Of a DNA stretch of 15,400 nucleotides, positions 7,999 through 15,400 are shown one piece after another. Under the pieces are notes generated by a model that made no database searches, was not told the DNA's origin, and saw only the letters and a list, made by a program, of their open reading frames with translations. The stretch covers positions 1 through 15,400 of the forward strand of contig PMWA01000125.1 in assembly GCA_003166335.1 (NCBI GenBank), written 5' to 3'. The DNA comes from Methanobacterium sp. GTDB taxonomy: Archaea > Methanobacteriota > Methanobacteria > Methanobacteriales > Methanobacteriaceae. Both the position numbers and the translations under genes were made by a program. Every line of letters starts with the position of its first letter. Within the stretch, counting starts at the first letter, position 1.

Positions 7999-9204
7999 TT
8001 AACGAGGACTTTCATTTATTGCTGCCTTAATTCTTCTCAACGCTTCCTCCAGGATGGGCCTGGGACAGGCTATGTTCATTCTAACGAAACCGCTACCTGC
8101 TTCTCCGAAAATGAATCCGTCTTCTAAACCTATCTTTGCCTTCTCCTGCATAAAATTCCTTAGAGCTATTTTATCCATACCCAACTCGCGGCAATCCATC
8201 CAGATAAGGTATGTTCCCTCCGGTTTAATGACCTTTATATCTGGAATTTCCCTGGCTATATATTCCAGTAGAAAGTTCAGGTTTCCCTGTAAATAATCCA
8301 GGACTTGCTCTAGCCATTCATCTCCAAATCGATAGGCCGCTTCCAATGCAGTATAGCCAAAGAGATTAGTAGCGGGTACAATACCGGATTGTGTACTGAT
8401 GAAAGTATCGCGGAGTTTCTTATTGGGGATTATAATTGCGGATACATCCAGACCGGACAAGTTGAATGTCTTGCTCGGTGAAGTGCATACTATGCAATTC
8501 TGCTCAAACTCCTCTGAGATAGAAGCAAATGGAGTATGTTGGTGGCCTTTGAAGAGTATTTCACAATGTATCTCATCGGAGATGACCACTGCCCCATTGT
8601 TTATGACAATCTCTCCCATCCTAATTATCTCTTCCCGTTTCCAGAGACGTCCCACCGGATTGTGAGGATTACAGAATATGATAGCCTTTATACGCCCCGA
8701 CCCATGCAAAGGCCTAGTTTTTGGGAGAAATTTATGCTCCAAGTCATCATAATCCATTTCGTAACGGCCGTTAATTAGTTTGAGACCATTATTTACTATC
8801 TGACAACCACTGTTAGTAACCACTGGGAAAAAGGGGTGATAAGCCGGTTCTTGCAGTATGACTTCATCTCCAGGGTGAGTCAACGATCGCACAGCAACAT
8901 GAAGGGCGGGAACCACTCCAGGGGTAAAAACTATCCATTCCGGTTTAATTTCCCATTTAAATTTCCGCCTCATACGTTTTACTACAGAATCAGTGACACT
9001 GGGGCCTGGTTTGGTGTAGCCATAAAAGGGATGTTCCGCACGTTTTTTAAGTGCATCTACGATGGGTTGGGCAACCGGAAAATCCATGTCAGCCACCCAC
9101 ATAGGGATTAAATCTTCACGGCCGAAGATGGATTGAAGCATATCCCATTTTAAGCTATCTGTGTTTCTCCTATCACATACTTGGTCGAAATCATATCTCA
9201 CCAT
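7999..9204 (-). CDS. PLP-dependent C-S lyase, MalY/PatB (cystathionine beta-lyase) family
   Basis: Motifs SLKWD, PMWVADMDF, CNPHNPVGR, ISDEIH, SPSKTFN (PLP lysine), PEGTYLIW and GFVRMNIACP. Confidence 0.93.
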   Translation of the reverse strand: MVRYDFDQVCDRRNTDSLKWDMLQSIFGREDLIPMWVADMDFPVAQPIVDALKKRAEHPFYGYTKPGPSVTDSVVKRMRRKFKWEIKPEWIVFTPGVVPALHVAVRSLTHPGDEVILQEPAYHPFFPVVTNSGCQIVNNGLKLINGRYEMDYDDLEHKFLPKTRPLHGSGRIKAIIFCNPHNPVGRLWKREEIIRMGEIVINNGAVVISDEIHCEILFKGHQHTPFASISEEFEQNCIVCTSPSKTFNLSGLDVSAIIIPNKKLRDTFISTQSGIVPATNLFGYTALEAAYRFGDEWLEQVLDYLQGNLNFLLEYIAREIPDIKVIKPEGTYLIWMDCRELGMDKIALRNFMQEKAKIGLEDGFIFGEAGSGFVRMNIACPRPILEEALRRIKAAINESPR

Positions 9205-9619
9205 TTTATAACTCTCCCAAACTAAGCGAATTTAGCATTTCTATTTTTATGTAAACATTTCTCGGAGGATACTTATATATTTAAAGCCATTTTCTCTCTA
9301 AATTGGTTTTTATTTTAAAGCATGGCTGTTTTTAACTTATGAAAATTCCTTAAATATATTTTAAGGTTTGAATATGCATTTAATATGAAGTAATGGATTG
9401 GAACAGAGCTGAGAGGGATGCTGATGTGTATGCCACCGGAAAAAGGAAGTTTAACTGGAACATGTATGAAAACAGCACGTAAACTTTGTTTGTGGCAGTA
9501 ATAATCTGTTTAATAATTAGTAAATGAGAATTCGAAAAGTAGAGTATAAGTTTAAGAGAAAATATAATACAATATTAAAAATAAAAATTTTATTTTTTAT
9601 GATGTTGGTCGAGAAGGGT

Positions 9620-11326
9620 ATGTTGGATGAACTGAGAAAGTCTGGTGTTGATATCGTTGGAGATGTGCCTTGGGGTACTCATTTCTGCCAGTTCTATCAA
9701 ACTAAAGATGATTTAATTAGTGTGCTAGTTCCTTATTTTAAAGCAGGATTGGAGAATAACGAATTTTGTATGTGGGTTACATCTGAGCTTCTGGATGTTG
9801 AAGATGCCAAAGAAGCCCTGAGAAAGGTTGTTTCAGATATTGATAGCTACTTGGAGAAAGGGCAAATTGAGATTATTCCTTACCCTGATTGGTACTTGGA
9901 AGATGGTATTTTCGATTCAGAGCGGGTTTTAAATGGCTGGGTTGAAAAACTCAACAACGCCCGTGCCCAGAACTACGATGGGTTCAGATTGACTGGTAAC
10001 ACCTTCTGGCTTGAAAAAAAAGACTTGAATGACTTCTTTAACTATGAGAAAGATGTAAACAATGTTATCGGGAATTACCAGATGATGGTGCTATGCACTT
10101 ATTGTTTGGACAAATGCAGTGCAGCCGAAATTATAGATGTGGTCGTAAATCATCAATTCGCTCTCATCAAACGGGAAAAGAAATGGGAGCTCATAGAAAG
10201 TGTTAAGCATAAAATAACAGCGGATAAACTTAAAAAAACCCAGCAAACATATAGTTCTCTCTTCAATAATATGATGGACGGATATGCATACTGTGAGATG
10301 CTCTACGATGATGAAAACCATCCAGTGGATTTTATTTATTTAAATGTCAATGATGCATTTGAACGATTAACCGGCCTAAAAAATGTAGAGAGTAAGAAGG
10401 TTTGTGAAGTAATTCCTGACATTGCAGAGGCACATCCAGAGCTTCTTGAGATTTATGGTCGTGTAGCGTCGACGGGCCGGGCAGAGAAATTTGAAATTGA
10501 ATTCAAACCTTTAGGAATATGGTTATCAGTCGCCGTCTTCAGTCCCGAGAAAAACTATTTCATAGCCACCTTTGATAATTTCACCGAGCGTAAACTCGCT
10601 GAAAAAGAACTGGAAAGAACTTTGGATGAGTTGAAACGCTCCAACCAGGAACTGGAGCAGTTTGCTTATGTAGCTTCGCACGACCTGCAAGAACCATTAA
10701 GGATGGTTTCCAGCTTCACACAATTACTTGAAATGAAATATAAGGATGAACTTGATGCTGAAGCCTTAGAATATATAGGTTTTGCTGTGGATGGTGCTAA
10801 ACGTATGCAGTTATTAATCAATGATCTTTTAGAATACTCCCGCGTGACAAGGAAATCTACAGAATTTGAGGCAGTGAACATTGAAAAGGTACTCGATGAA
10901 GTTTTATTTAATCTAGAAATAGTTATCGAAGAAAATCAGGCAATTATCATTAGAGAATCACTGCCTGAGATTCAGTCTGATTACGGACAGATGGTTCAAT
11001 TATTCCAGAACCTCATTGGCAATGCCCTGAAATATCGTAGTGAGGAAACACCAGAAATCCGTATATCTGCCCAGAAAGAAGATGATCATTGGATTTTCTC
11101 TGTAGCTGATAATGGTATTGGTATGGATTCAGAGTACTTTGTGCAGGTTTTCAAAATATTCAGAAGACTTAATACTCAGGATGAGCATGAAGGAACCGGA
11201 ATTGGCTTAGCTATCACTAAAAGAATAATAGAACACCACGGAGGGCGAATCTGGGTAGAATCCGAACCAGGGAAAGGTTCAACCTTCTATTTCACCATCC
11301 CTAAAACTGTCAACAATCATTTTTAA
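9620..11326 (+). CDS. Cytoplasmic sensor histidine kinase, MEDS-PAS-HisKA-HATPase
   Basis: MEDS start (SGVDIVGDVPWGTHFCQFY), PAS-like region (DFIYLNVNDAFERLTG), H-box ASHDLQEPLR, N-box NLIGNALKY and G boxes DNGIG and GTGIGL. The frame is open from 9524; ATG 9620 best fits the domain start. Confidence 0.93.
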   Translation: MLDELRKSGVDIVGDVPWGTHFCQFYQTKDDLISVLVPYFKAGLENNEFCMWVTSELLDVEDAKEALRKVVSDIDSYLEKGQIEIIPYPDWYLEDGIFDSERVLNGWVEKLNNARAQNYDGFRLTGNTFWLEKKDLNDFFNYEKDVNNVIGNYQMMVLCTYCLDKCSAAEIIDVVVNHQFALIKREKKWELIESVKHKITADKLKKTQQTYSSLFNNMMDGYAYCEMLYDDENHPVDFIYLNVNDAFERLTGLKNVESKKVCEVIPDIAEAHPELLEIYGRVASTGRAEKFEIEFKPLGIWLSVAVFSPEKNYFIATFDNFTERKLAEKELERTLDELKRSNQELEQFAYVASHDLQEPLRMVSSFTQLLEMKYKDELDAEALEYIGFAVDGAKRMQLLINDLLEYSRVTRKSTEFEAVNIEKVLDEVLFNLEIVIEENQAIIIRESLPEIQSDYGQMVQLFQNLIGNALKYRSEETPEIRISAQKEDDHWIFSVADNGIGMDSEYFVQVFKIFRRLNTQDEHEGTGIGLAITKRIIEHHGGRIWVESEPGKGSTFYFTIPKTVNNHF

Positions 11327-11762
11327 TCTAATAGGTCTGTGGGGTTTCTTCTGTTTTTCATCCTACGTTTCCATGTCTGGATAAACTCCCTAGTAGCTTG
11401 TTCTACTGCCTCCATAATATTCTAATAATTTTAACTGTAGTTTTATGGTGATTACTCTTCTATCAATCCTTTGCCATCTCTCATTAGAGTACCATTGTCT
11501 TTTAAATGTATTCCTAATTCACCGCTGAAACGTGATAGTATGTGTAATCATGGGTTCTTAGATGGTTGAATAGTTATCCAGACATTTGCACTATTCATGT
11601 CCGTAAACCACTTTACTTTGCTGTCAAAAATGTCCGCTTAACTTATATATTCTTGGAATTAAAAAAAATAATTATTACATTGTTAAAAAAATATTACATA
11701 ATTTCTCTACTAAACTAAATTGATTGATATTTCTGAGGCTAGAAAGAAATATATGGAAGTCA

Positions 11763-11939
11763 TTAGATATTTTTCTTCAAGTATTCTGCTAAAGCTTGGC
11801 GAATATGATAACTCATAGGATTGTAGCTCTCTTCTGATAATTCCCTTAATTCCTTTATCATCTGTGGGGGCAACTTTATAGTAATTTGCTCCATCTTTTG
11901 TTTTGTTTTAGGTCTACCCTTAGTTTTTGTTTCCTGCAT
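11763..11939 (-). CDS. Ribbon-helix-helix (CopG/Arc/MetJ-like) DNA-binding protein, 58 aa; missed by the ORF track
   Basis: MQETKTKGRPKTKQKMEQITIKLPPQMIKELRELSEESYNPMSYHIRQALAEYLKKNI. It has a GRP basic tail, the alternating strand ITIKLP and helix 2 SxxIRxALxxYL. AGGTGA RBS just upstream. Confidence 0.85.
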   Translation of the reverse strand: MQETKTKGRPKTKQKMEQITIKLPPQMIKELRELSEESYNPMSYHIRQALAEYLKKNI

Positions 11940-11972
11940 GATTTCACCTATAGCAAATAGTATATTATTGGG

Positions 11973-11988
11973 TTTATAAAAGTTTTAT
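11973..11988 (-). promoter_or_regulatory. BRE-TATA promoter of the RHH gene
   Basis: Minus strand ATAAAACT-TTTATAAA, about 33 nt upstream of the ATG. Confidence 0.6.
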
Positions 11989-12019
11989 GCATATTTTTGG
12001 TAATTTATTAAATATTTTT

Positions 12020-12053
12020 TGAACTTCGTTAAACCATTCTATAACGAAGTTAA
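12020..12053. repeat. Perfect 10-bp inverted repeat with loxP/dif-like geometry
   Basis: TGAACTTCGTTAA-ACCATTCT-ATAACGAAGTTAA. Arms are AACTTCGTTA (12022-12031) and TAACGAAGTT (12042-12051). Confidence 0.75.
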
Positions 12054-12088
12054 AAAGCGAATTAAATTCAAAAAAGTTTTGATATTAT

Positions 12089-12196
12089 TTATGGTTTTCC
12101 CAGCATGAATCCCATTGTTTTACATCTCATATTTATTGCCTTGAGTTTCTTATCTAATTCTTTGAGTTGTGATTTGTTTTTTTTCATCCTTTTCAT
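12089..12196 (-). CDS. Putative 35-aa basic peptide
   Basis: MKRMKKNKSQLKELDKKLKAINMRCKTMGFMLGKP, preceded by a strong GGAGGAG RBS and co-oriented with the upstream array. Confidence 0.45.
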   Translation of the reverse strand: MKRMKKNKSQLKELDKKLKAINMRCKTMGFMLGKP

Positions 12197-12252
12197 ATCT
12201 ACTCCTCCATCGTGCGATTACTCTATTCACCGTTGGGGTATTTTGATATCAC

Positions 12253-12807
12253 TTAGGTGTTGCTTAACATCTGATTAACTGTATTCTGTCCTAAAATATT
12301 TGTTAATCGTTGTTTCAATGGTGGATTGTTGTTCACTAATTGAATCAGTAGATTTTGATTTGTGCTAATATTATTATTAGTAGCAGTTATGGTACTATTT
12401 AAATTCACAGCATCAATAGCAGCTGCAAATACTCCATTGGTCTGCATATCCTGAAATATCCTCAATCCATTATCCTCTGATTTACTCATGTTTTGTAATT
12501 CATCTAAACGTATAACTGCGTATTGATAGGTAGCTGTATCAGGTGCTACGGTTTCCATTTCCTCTGTTTCGTTTATAGCAGCTGCTGTTGAATTTTCTGC
12601 ATCATATATGTATTGCATATTTGTTTCAGCACTTCCGCTTGTGAAACTTGTCTGATTTATGTATGATTCAGATTGTAACATATTATTTTCTGATTGATTT
12701 AGTAAAGTGTTGTATGTGTTCGATTGGTATATTTGATAACCATAAAATGCCCCTACGAATGCAATAACACAGAATACAACTACTAATATTATATACATCA
12801 TTTTCAT
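12253..12807 (-). CDS. Membrane-anchored hypothetical protein with a helical extracellular domain
   Basis: N-terminal TM and an Asn/Gln/Thr-rich helical body. AAGGAG RBS; 18 bp downstream of the preceding gene. Confidence 0.8.
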   Translation of the reverse strand: MKMMYIILVVVFCVIAFVGAFYGYQIYQSNTYNTLLNQSENNMLQSESYINQTSFTSGSAETNMQYIYDAENSTAAAINETEEMETVAPDTATYQYAVIRLDELQNMSKSEDNGLRIFQDMQTNGVFAAAIDAVNLNSTITATNNNISTNQNLLIQLVNNNPPLKQRLTNILGQNTVNQMLSNT

Positions 12808-12825
12808 TATTTTCCAACTCCTTTA

Positions 12826-13191
12826 TCAGATAGTGGATTGATTATTATTATTTTGTACCCCTGAATTGGAGTTATTAATACTGTTTTCTGAATTGGTGTT
12901 TAGACTATTATTGCTACCGTTCCCTGAATTGATATTTGAGGTTCCTGAGTTACTATTATTTGTAGATATTGTTGAATTAGATGAATTATTAGTTGCTATG
13001 ACCGGTGAGATATGGGATGCTGTCATAATATAAGCACTAGCCCCCATACCAACTACAGCACATATAGCTATTGCTACTATTATTAACATTTTATTTGACG
13101 TTGGCACGCCTGATTTATTTAAATTAGAGCCGCATTTTTCGCAGAATTTAGCATCTGCATCATTTTCTTGTCCACAATTAGAACATTTCAT
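12826..13191 (-). CDS. Zinc-ribbon / TM / Asn-Ser stalk protein with no tip domain
   Basis: CSNCG...FCEKCG zinc ribbon, TM MLIIVAIAICAVVGMGASAYIM, then only low-complexity sequence. Confidence 0.85.
   Translation of the reverse strand: MKCSNCGQENDADAKFCEKCGSNLNKSGVPTSNKMLIIVAIAICAVVGMGASAYIMTASHISPVIATNNSSNSTISTNNSNSGTSNINSGNGSNNSLNTNSENSINNSNSGVQNNNNQSTI
13102..13191 (-). repeat. 90-bp zinc-ribbon module, near-identical to 14847-14936
   Basis: 88/90 identity by direct comparison; both differences are synonymous. Confidence 0.95.
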
Positions 13192-13340
13192 TCTTTATCC
13201 CCTTCATATTCTACGGTATAGCAGCGTTATTTTTTATATACCTGAAACTAACCGTAACTGCCTCAAAATATCATGAAAATCTATCTAAAATCTTATGAGT
13301 TTTATTTAATTAACTATTTAACTTAAATAAATGTAGAATT

Positions 13341-14033
13341 TTATGATAGGAATTTGAAGCTGTTTATTATCTGATTGAAAGTGCTGCTTTCCTGATCATA
13401 ATCATTTATTGTGTCCACTCCTACAAGTGCAAAATATTGGGATGGTGATAATTCAACTAGTTCCATCTGTTGAACTACCATGATGCCGTTGCCTGTTTCT
13501 TCTTGATAAAGGATTTCATATGCCGGAAATCCATCAACTGTAGTACTTTGTTCAGAACGAATTGAATATCCCAAGCTGGTCTGATAACTTTCGGAACTTG
13601 AAACATACTCTGATAGGCTTGTATACCCATATTTAGATTCATTATAAACACTAAAAGCAGGATAACTTGAAAGCCCTACAATCACCATTGTGTTGGCATT
13701 ATTTGGTAAAACATTCCAATTAGAAGGATATTGAAAACTGACAACACCATTAGAAAAAGTCTTATATTGAACATTACTACCAATAGGATTATTTGAACCA
13801 CCATTAGTAGAAGTATTGTTATTTATTGTAGGATTTGATAAACCTGGGGGTGATTGATGATTTTTCATCAGTAATATACCTGAAACCAACCCCAAACCTG
13901 CCACTAAAACTATTACAACAACAATTAAAATCTTAGTAGAGTCTGGCATGCTTGATTTCTTTAAATTGGAGCCGCATTTTTCGCAGAATTCAGCATCAGG
14001 ATCATTCTCATGTCCACAATTCTGGCATCTCAT
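13341..14033 (-). CDS. Zinc-ribbon / TM / stalk / PsbP(Mog1)-like domain protein
   Basis: CQNCG...FCEKCG, then a TM. KTFSNGVVSFQYPSNW, TTVDGFPAY and the terminal FNQIINSFKF are characteristic of PsbP-related extracellular domains. GGGGTGA RBS. Confidence 0.85.
   Translation of the reverse strand: MRCQNCGHENDPDAEFCEKCGSNLKKSSMPDSTKILIVVVIVLVAGLGLVSGILLMKNHQSPPGLSNPTINNNTSTNGGSNNPIGSNVQYKTFSNGVVSFQYPSNWNVLPNNANTMVIVGLSSYPAFSVYNESKYGYTSLSEYVSSSESYQTSLGYSIRSEQSTTVDGFPAYEILYQEETGNGIMVVQQMELVELSPSQYFALVGVDTINDYDQESSTFNQIINSFKFLS
13894..13960 (-). repeat. TM module, near-identical to 14779-14845
   Basis: 58-bp exact match (13894-13951 = 14779-14836); 66/67 overall. Confidence 0.95.
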
Positions 14034-14054
14034 TATTTTTCACCCCTTTTCCCT

Positions 14055-14201
14055 CTATTTGAAAGATTTTTTTTTATAGGAACTTAATCCTCCTCCTAAT
14101 ACTCCTCCAAAGAAGGTGATTATTAAAACAATATATATTTATTTATTTTTTTGGGCTTTGGTTGAAGATGGATTTTCAGCTCCACAATTAGAACATTTCA
14201 A
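14055..14201 (-). pseudogene. Internally deleted zinc-ribbon membrane protein remnant
   Basis: TTG-KCSNCGAENPSSTKAQKNK*IYIVLIITFFGGVLGGGLSSYKKKSFK*. Half a zinc ribbon is fused in frame to a last TM helix and basic tail. It shares TGAAATGTTCTAATTGTGGA with the starts of the 13191 and 14936 genes. Confidence 0.7.
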
Positions 14202-14396
14202 TTCTATCCATCTTCCACTTGATATTTTAACTCATTTTCCAACTTCCACTATATTCAAGTGCTGCATCAACCATTACAAATCTTTAGCTGGTTAGGAATT
14301 ATAAATTACTTGATAATAGTTATAATCTAATGTAATAGACCGCTCAGGTGTTAGAAATTGTATTGATCAGACATTCTTATTGGGATGCTTTGTTAG

Positions 14397-14936
14397 TTAC
14401 ATTTCTTGTCCAGTAATAGCATTTACATCCACTGCACCCTCATAAGCATTATTAATACTAGAATAAATAGTAACTGCATAATAAGGATTATTTCCATTCT
14501 GGACGTATTCTGCATAATAATTAGCATCAGAGAAATAAGCATATCCTTCAGCTAACGATAATGCTTGGGAAGTGGATATTTTTGGCGCAGTAACAGTAGG
14601 ACTGGTGTTAGGAGTTGGATTAGATTGTTGATTATTATTTGAGGAACTACCACTACTTGCTGATTTACTATTATTTGTTGCTGTAGTGTTATTTGCTGAT
14701 GTGGTGTTATTCACAGTAGTGTTGTTAGCGACGGGTTTAGCTTGATTATTCATCAACATCATACCAGAAACTAACCCTAAACCTGCCACTAAAACTATTA
14801 CAACAACAATTAAAATCTTAGTAGAGTCTGGCATGCCTGATTTCTCTGGCACACCTGATTTATTTAAATTAGAGCCACATTTTTCGCAGAATTTAGCATC
14901 TGCATCATTTTCTTGTCCACAATTAGAACATTTCAT
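14397..14936 (-). CDS. Zinc-ribbon / TM / stalk / PepSY-like domain protein
   Basis: CSNCG...FCEKCG, a TM and an NNTT-repeat stalk. C-terminus ISTSQALSLA...PYYAV...VDVNAITGQ. Confidence 0.88.
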   Translation of the reverse strand: MKCSNCGQENDADAKFCEKCGSNLNKSGVPEKSGMPDSTKILIVVVIVLVAGLGLVSGMMLMNNQAKPVANNTTVNNTTSANNTTATNNSKSASSGSSSNNNQQSNPTPNTSPTVTAPKISTSQALSLAEGYAYFSDANYYAEYVQNGNNPYYAVTIYSSINNAYEGAVDVNAITGQEM

Positions 14937-15032
14937 TTTTATTCTCCCTTTTTCGATAGATTAATCATTTAGATAATGATTAGTATTAACATCAGTTCTA
15001 TTAAGTGCGATTCTTTATTTTTATCATTTGGA

Positions 15033-15400
15033 TTAAAGTCCTAGTATCTGTTTTTTTTTAGCTTGGAATTCTTCTTCGGTGATTATTCCTTTTTCTTTTA
15101 GTTCTGCAAGCTTTTCTAAATCTTCTAAATTATTTACTTTAGTTATACTGCTGGATCCATTATTAAGCGCGTTACCACATTTAATACAAAAATCTGCATA
15201 ATTAGGGTTTTCAGCCCCACAAGATGGACAAGACTTTAATTCAGATTTACTTATATTTTCAATTCCCCTACCACATTTAGCGCAGAACTTAGCTTTTTTT
15301 CTATTCTCTTTACCACAATATGGACAAGACTTTAATTCAGATTTAATATTATTATTAATTCCCCTACCACATTTAGTGCAGTAAATAGCTTCTTTTTTAT
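15033..15400 (-). CDS. Tandem zinc-ribbon protein with C-terminal SHOCT domain (5'-partial); missed by the ORF track
   Basis: Open frame ...YCTKCGRGINNNIKSELKSCPYCGKENRKKAKFCAKCGRGIENISKSELKSCPSCGAENPNYADFCIKCGNAL...LEDLEKLAELKEKGIITEEEFQAKKKQILGL*. The tail is a canonical SHOCT motif. Confidence 0.92.
   Translation of the reverse strand, partial: KKEAIYCTKCGRGINNNIKSELKSCPYCGKENRKKAKFCAKCGRGIENISKSELKSCPSCGAENPNYADFCIKCGNALNNGSSSITKVNNLEDLEKLAELKEKGIITEEEFQAKKKQILGL
15225..15400 (-). repeat. 96-bp (32-aa) tandem zinc-ribbon repeat
   Basis: TGGACAAGACTTTAATTCAGATTTA occurs at 15225 and 15321; AATTCCCCTACCACATTTAG occurs at 15261 and 15357. The period is 96. Confidence 0.9.

Noticed and set aside
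8054..9111. Four short plus-strand ORFs
   Set aside because: All antisense within the well-supported MalY/PatB gene.
10091..10881. Two short minus-strand ORFs
   Set aside because: Antisense within the histidine kinase.
12826..15400. CRISPR array, integron attC array or diversity-generating retroelement as explanation for the repeats
   Set aside because: The repeats are in-frame coding modules, not regularly spaced. No shared intergenic palindromes were found, the few mismatches give no evidence of DGR-type mutagenesis, and no RT, integrase or cas gene is in the window.

Overview
AT-rich archaeal DNA, most consistent with a Methanobacterium-like methanogen. This assignment is inferred from the Gar1 remnant, BRE/TATA promoters, GGTGA/GGAG ribosome-binding sites, a MEDS-domain kinase and the protein families present. 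The window is an accessory, partly decayed region with three parts. Left (1-3330): a broken gar1 behind a 20-bp inverted pair of BRE-TATA elements, a PIN-domain remnant, two divergent membrane-anchored PepSY-like proteins, and fragments of a pentapeptide-like repeat protein and a CopB Cu-ATPase. Middle (3394-11326): a siroheme/[4Fe-4S] nitrite/sulfite-reductase-like gene with one in-frame TAA, a geranylgeranyl reductase, a MenA-like prenyltransferase followed by a frameshifted second copy, a Rieske protein, a MalY/PatB C-S lyase, and a MEDS-PAS histidine kinase with no partner regulator in view. Right (11327-15400): an unannotated ribbon-helix-helix gene, a loxP/dif-like palindrome, and a minus-strand array of zinc-ribbon / TM / Asn-Ser-Thr stalk / variable-tip genes. 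The array genes share near-identical DNA modules in a mosaic pattern and have scar fragments between them. The array is the best candidate for an undescribed system: a recombination-shuffled repertoire of surface proteins. No rRNA, tRNA, CRISPR array or transposase was recognised.
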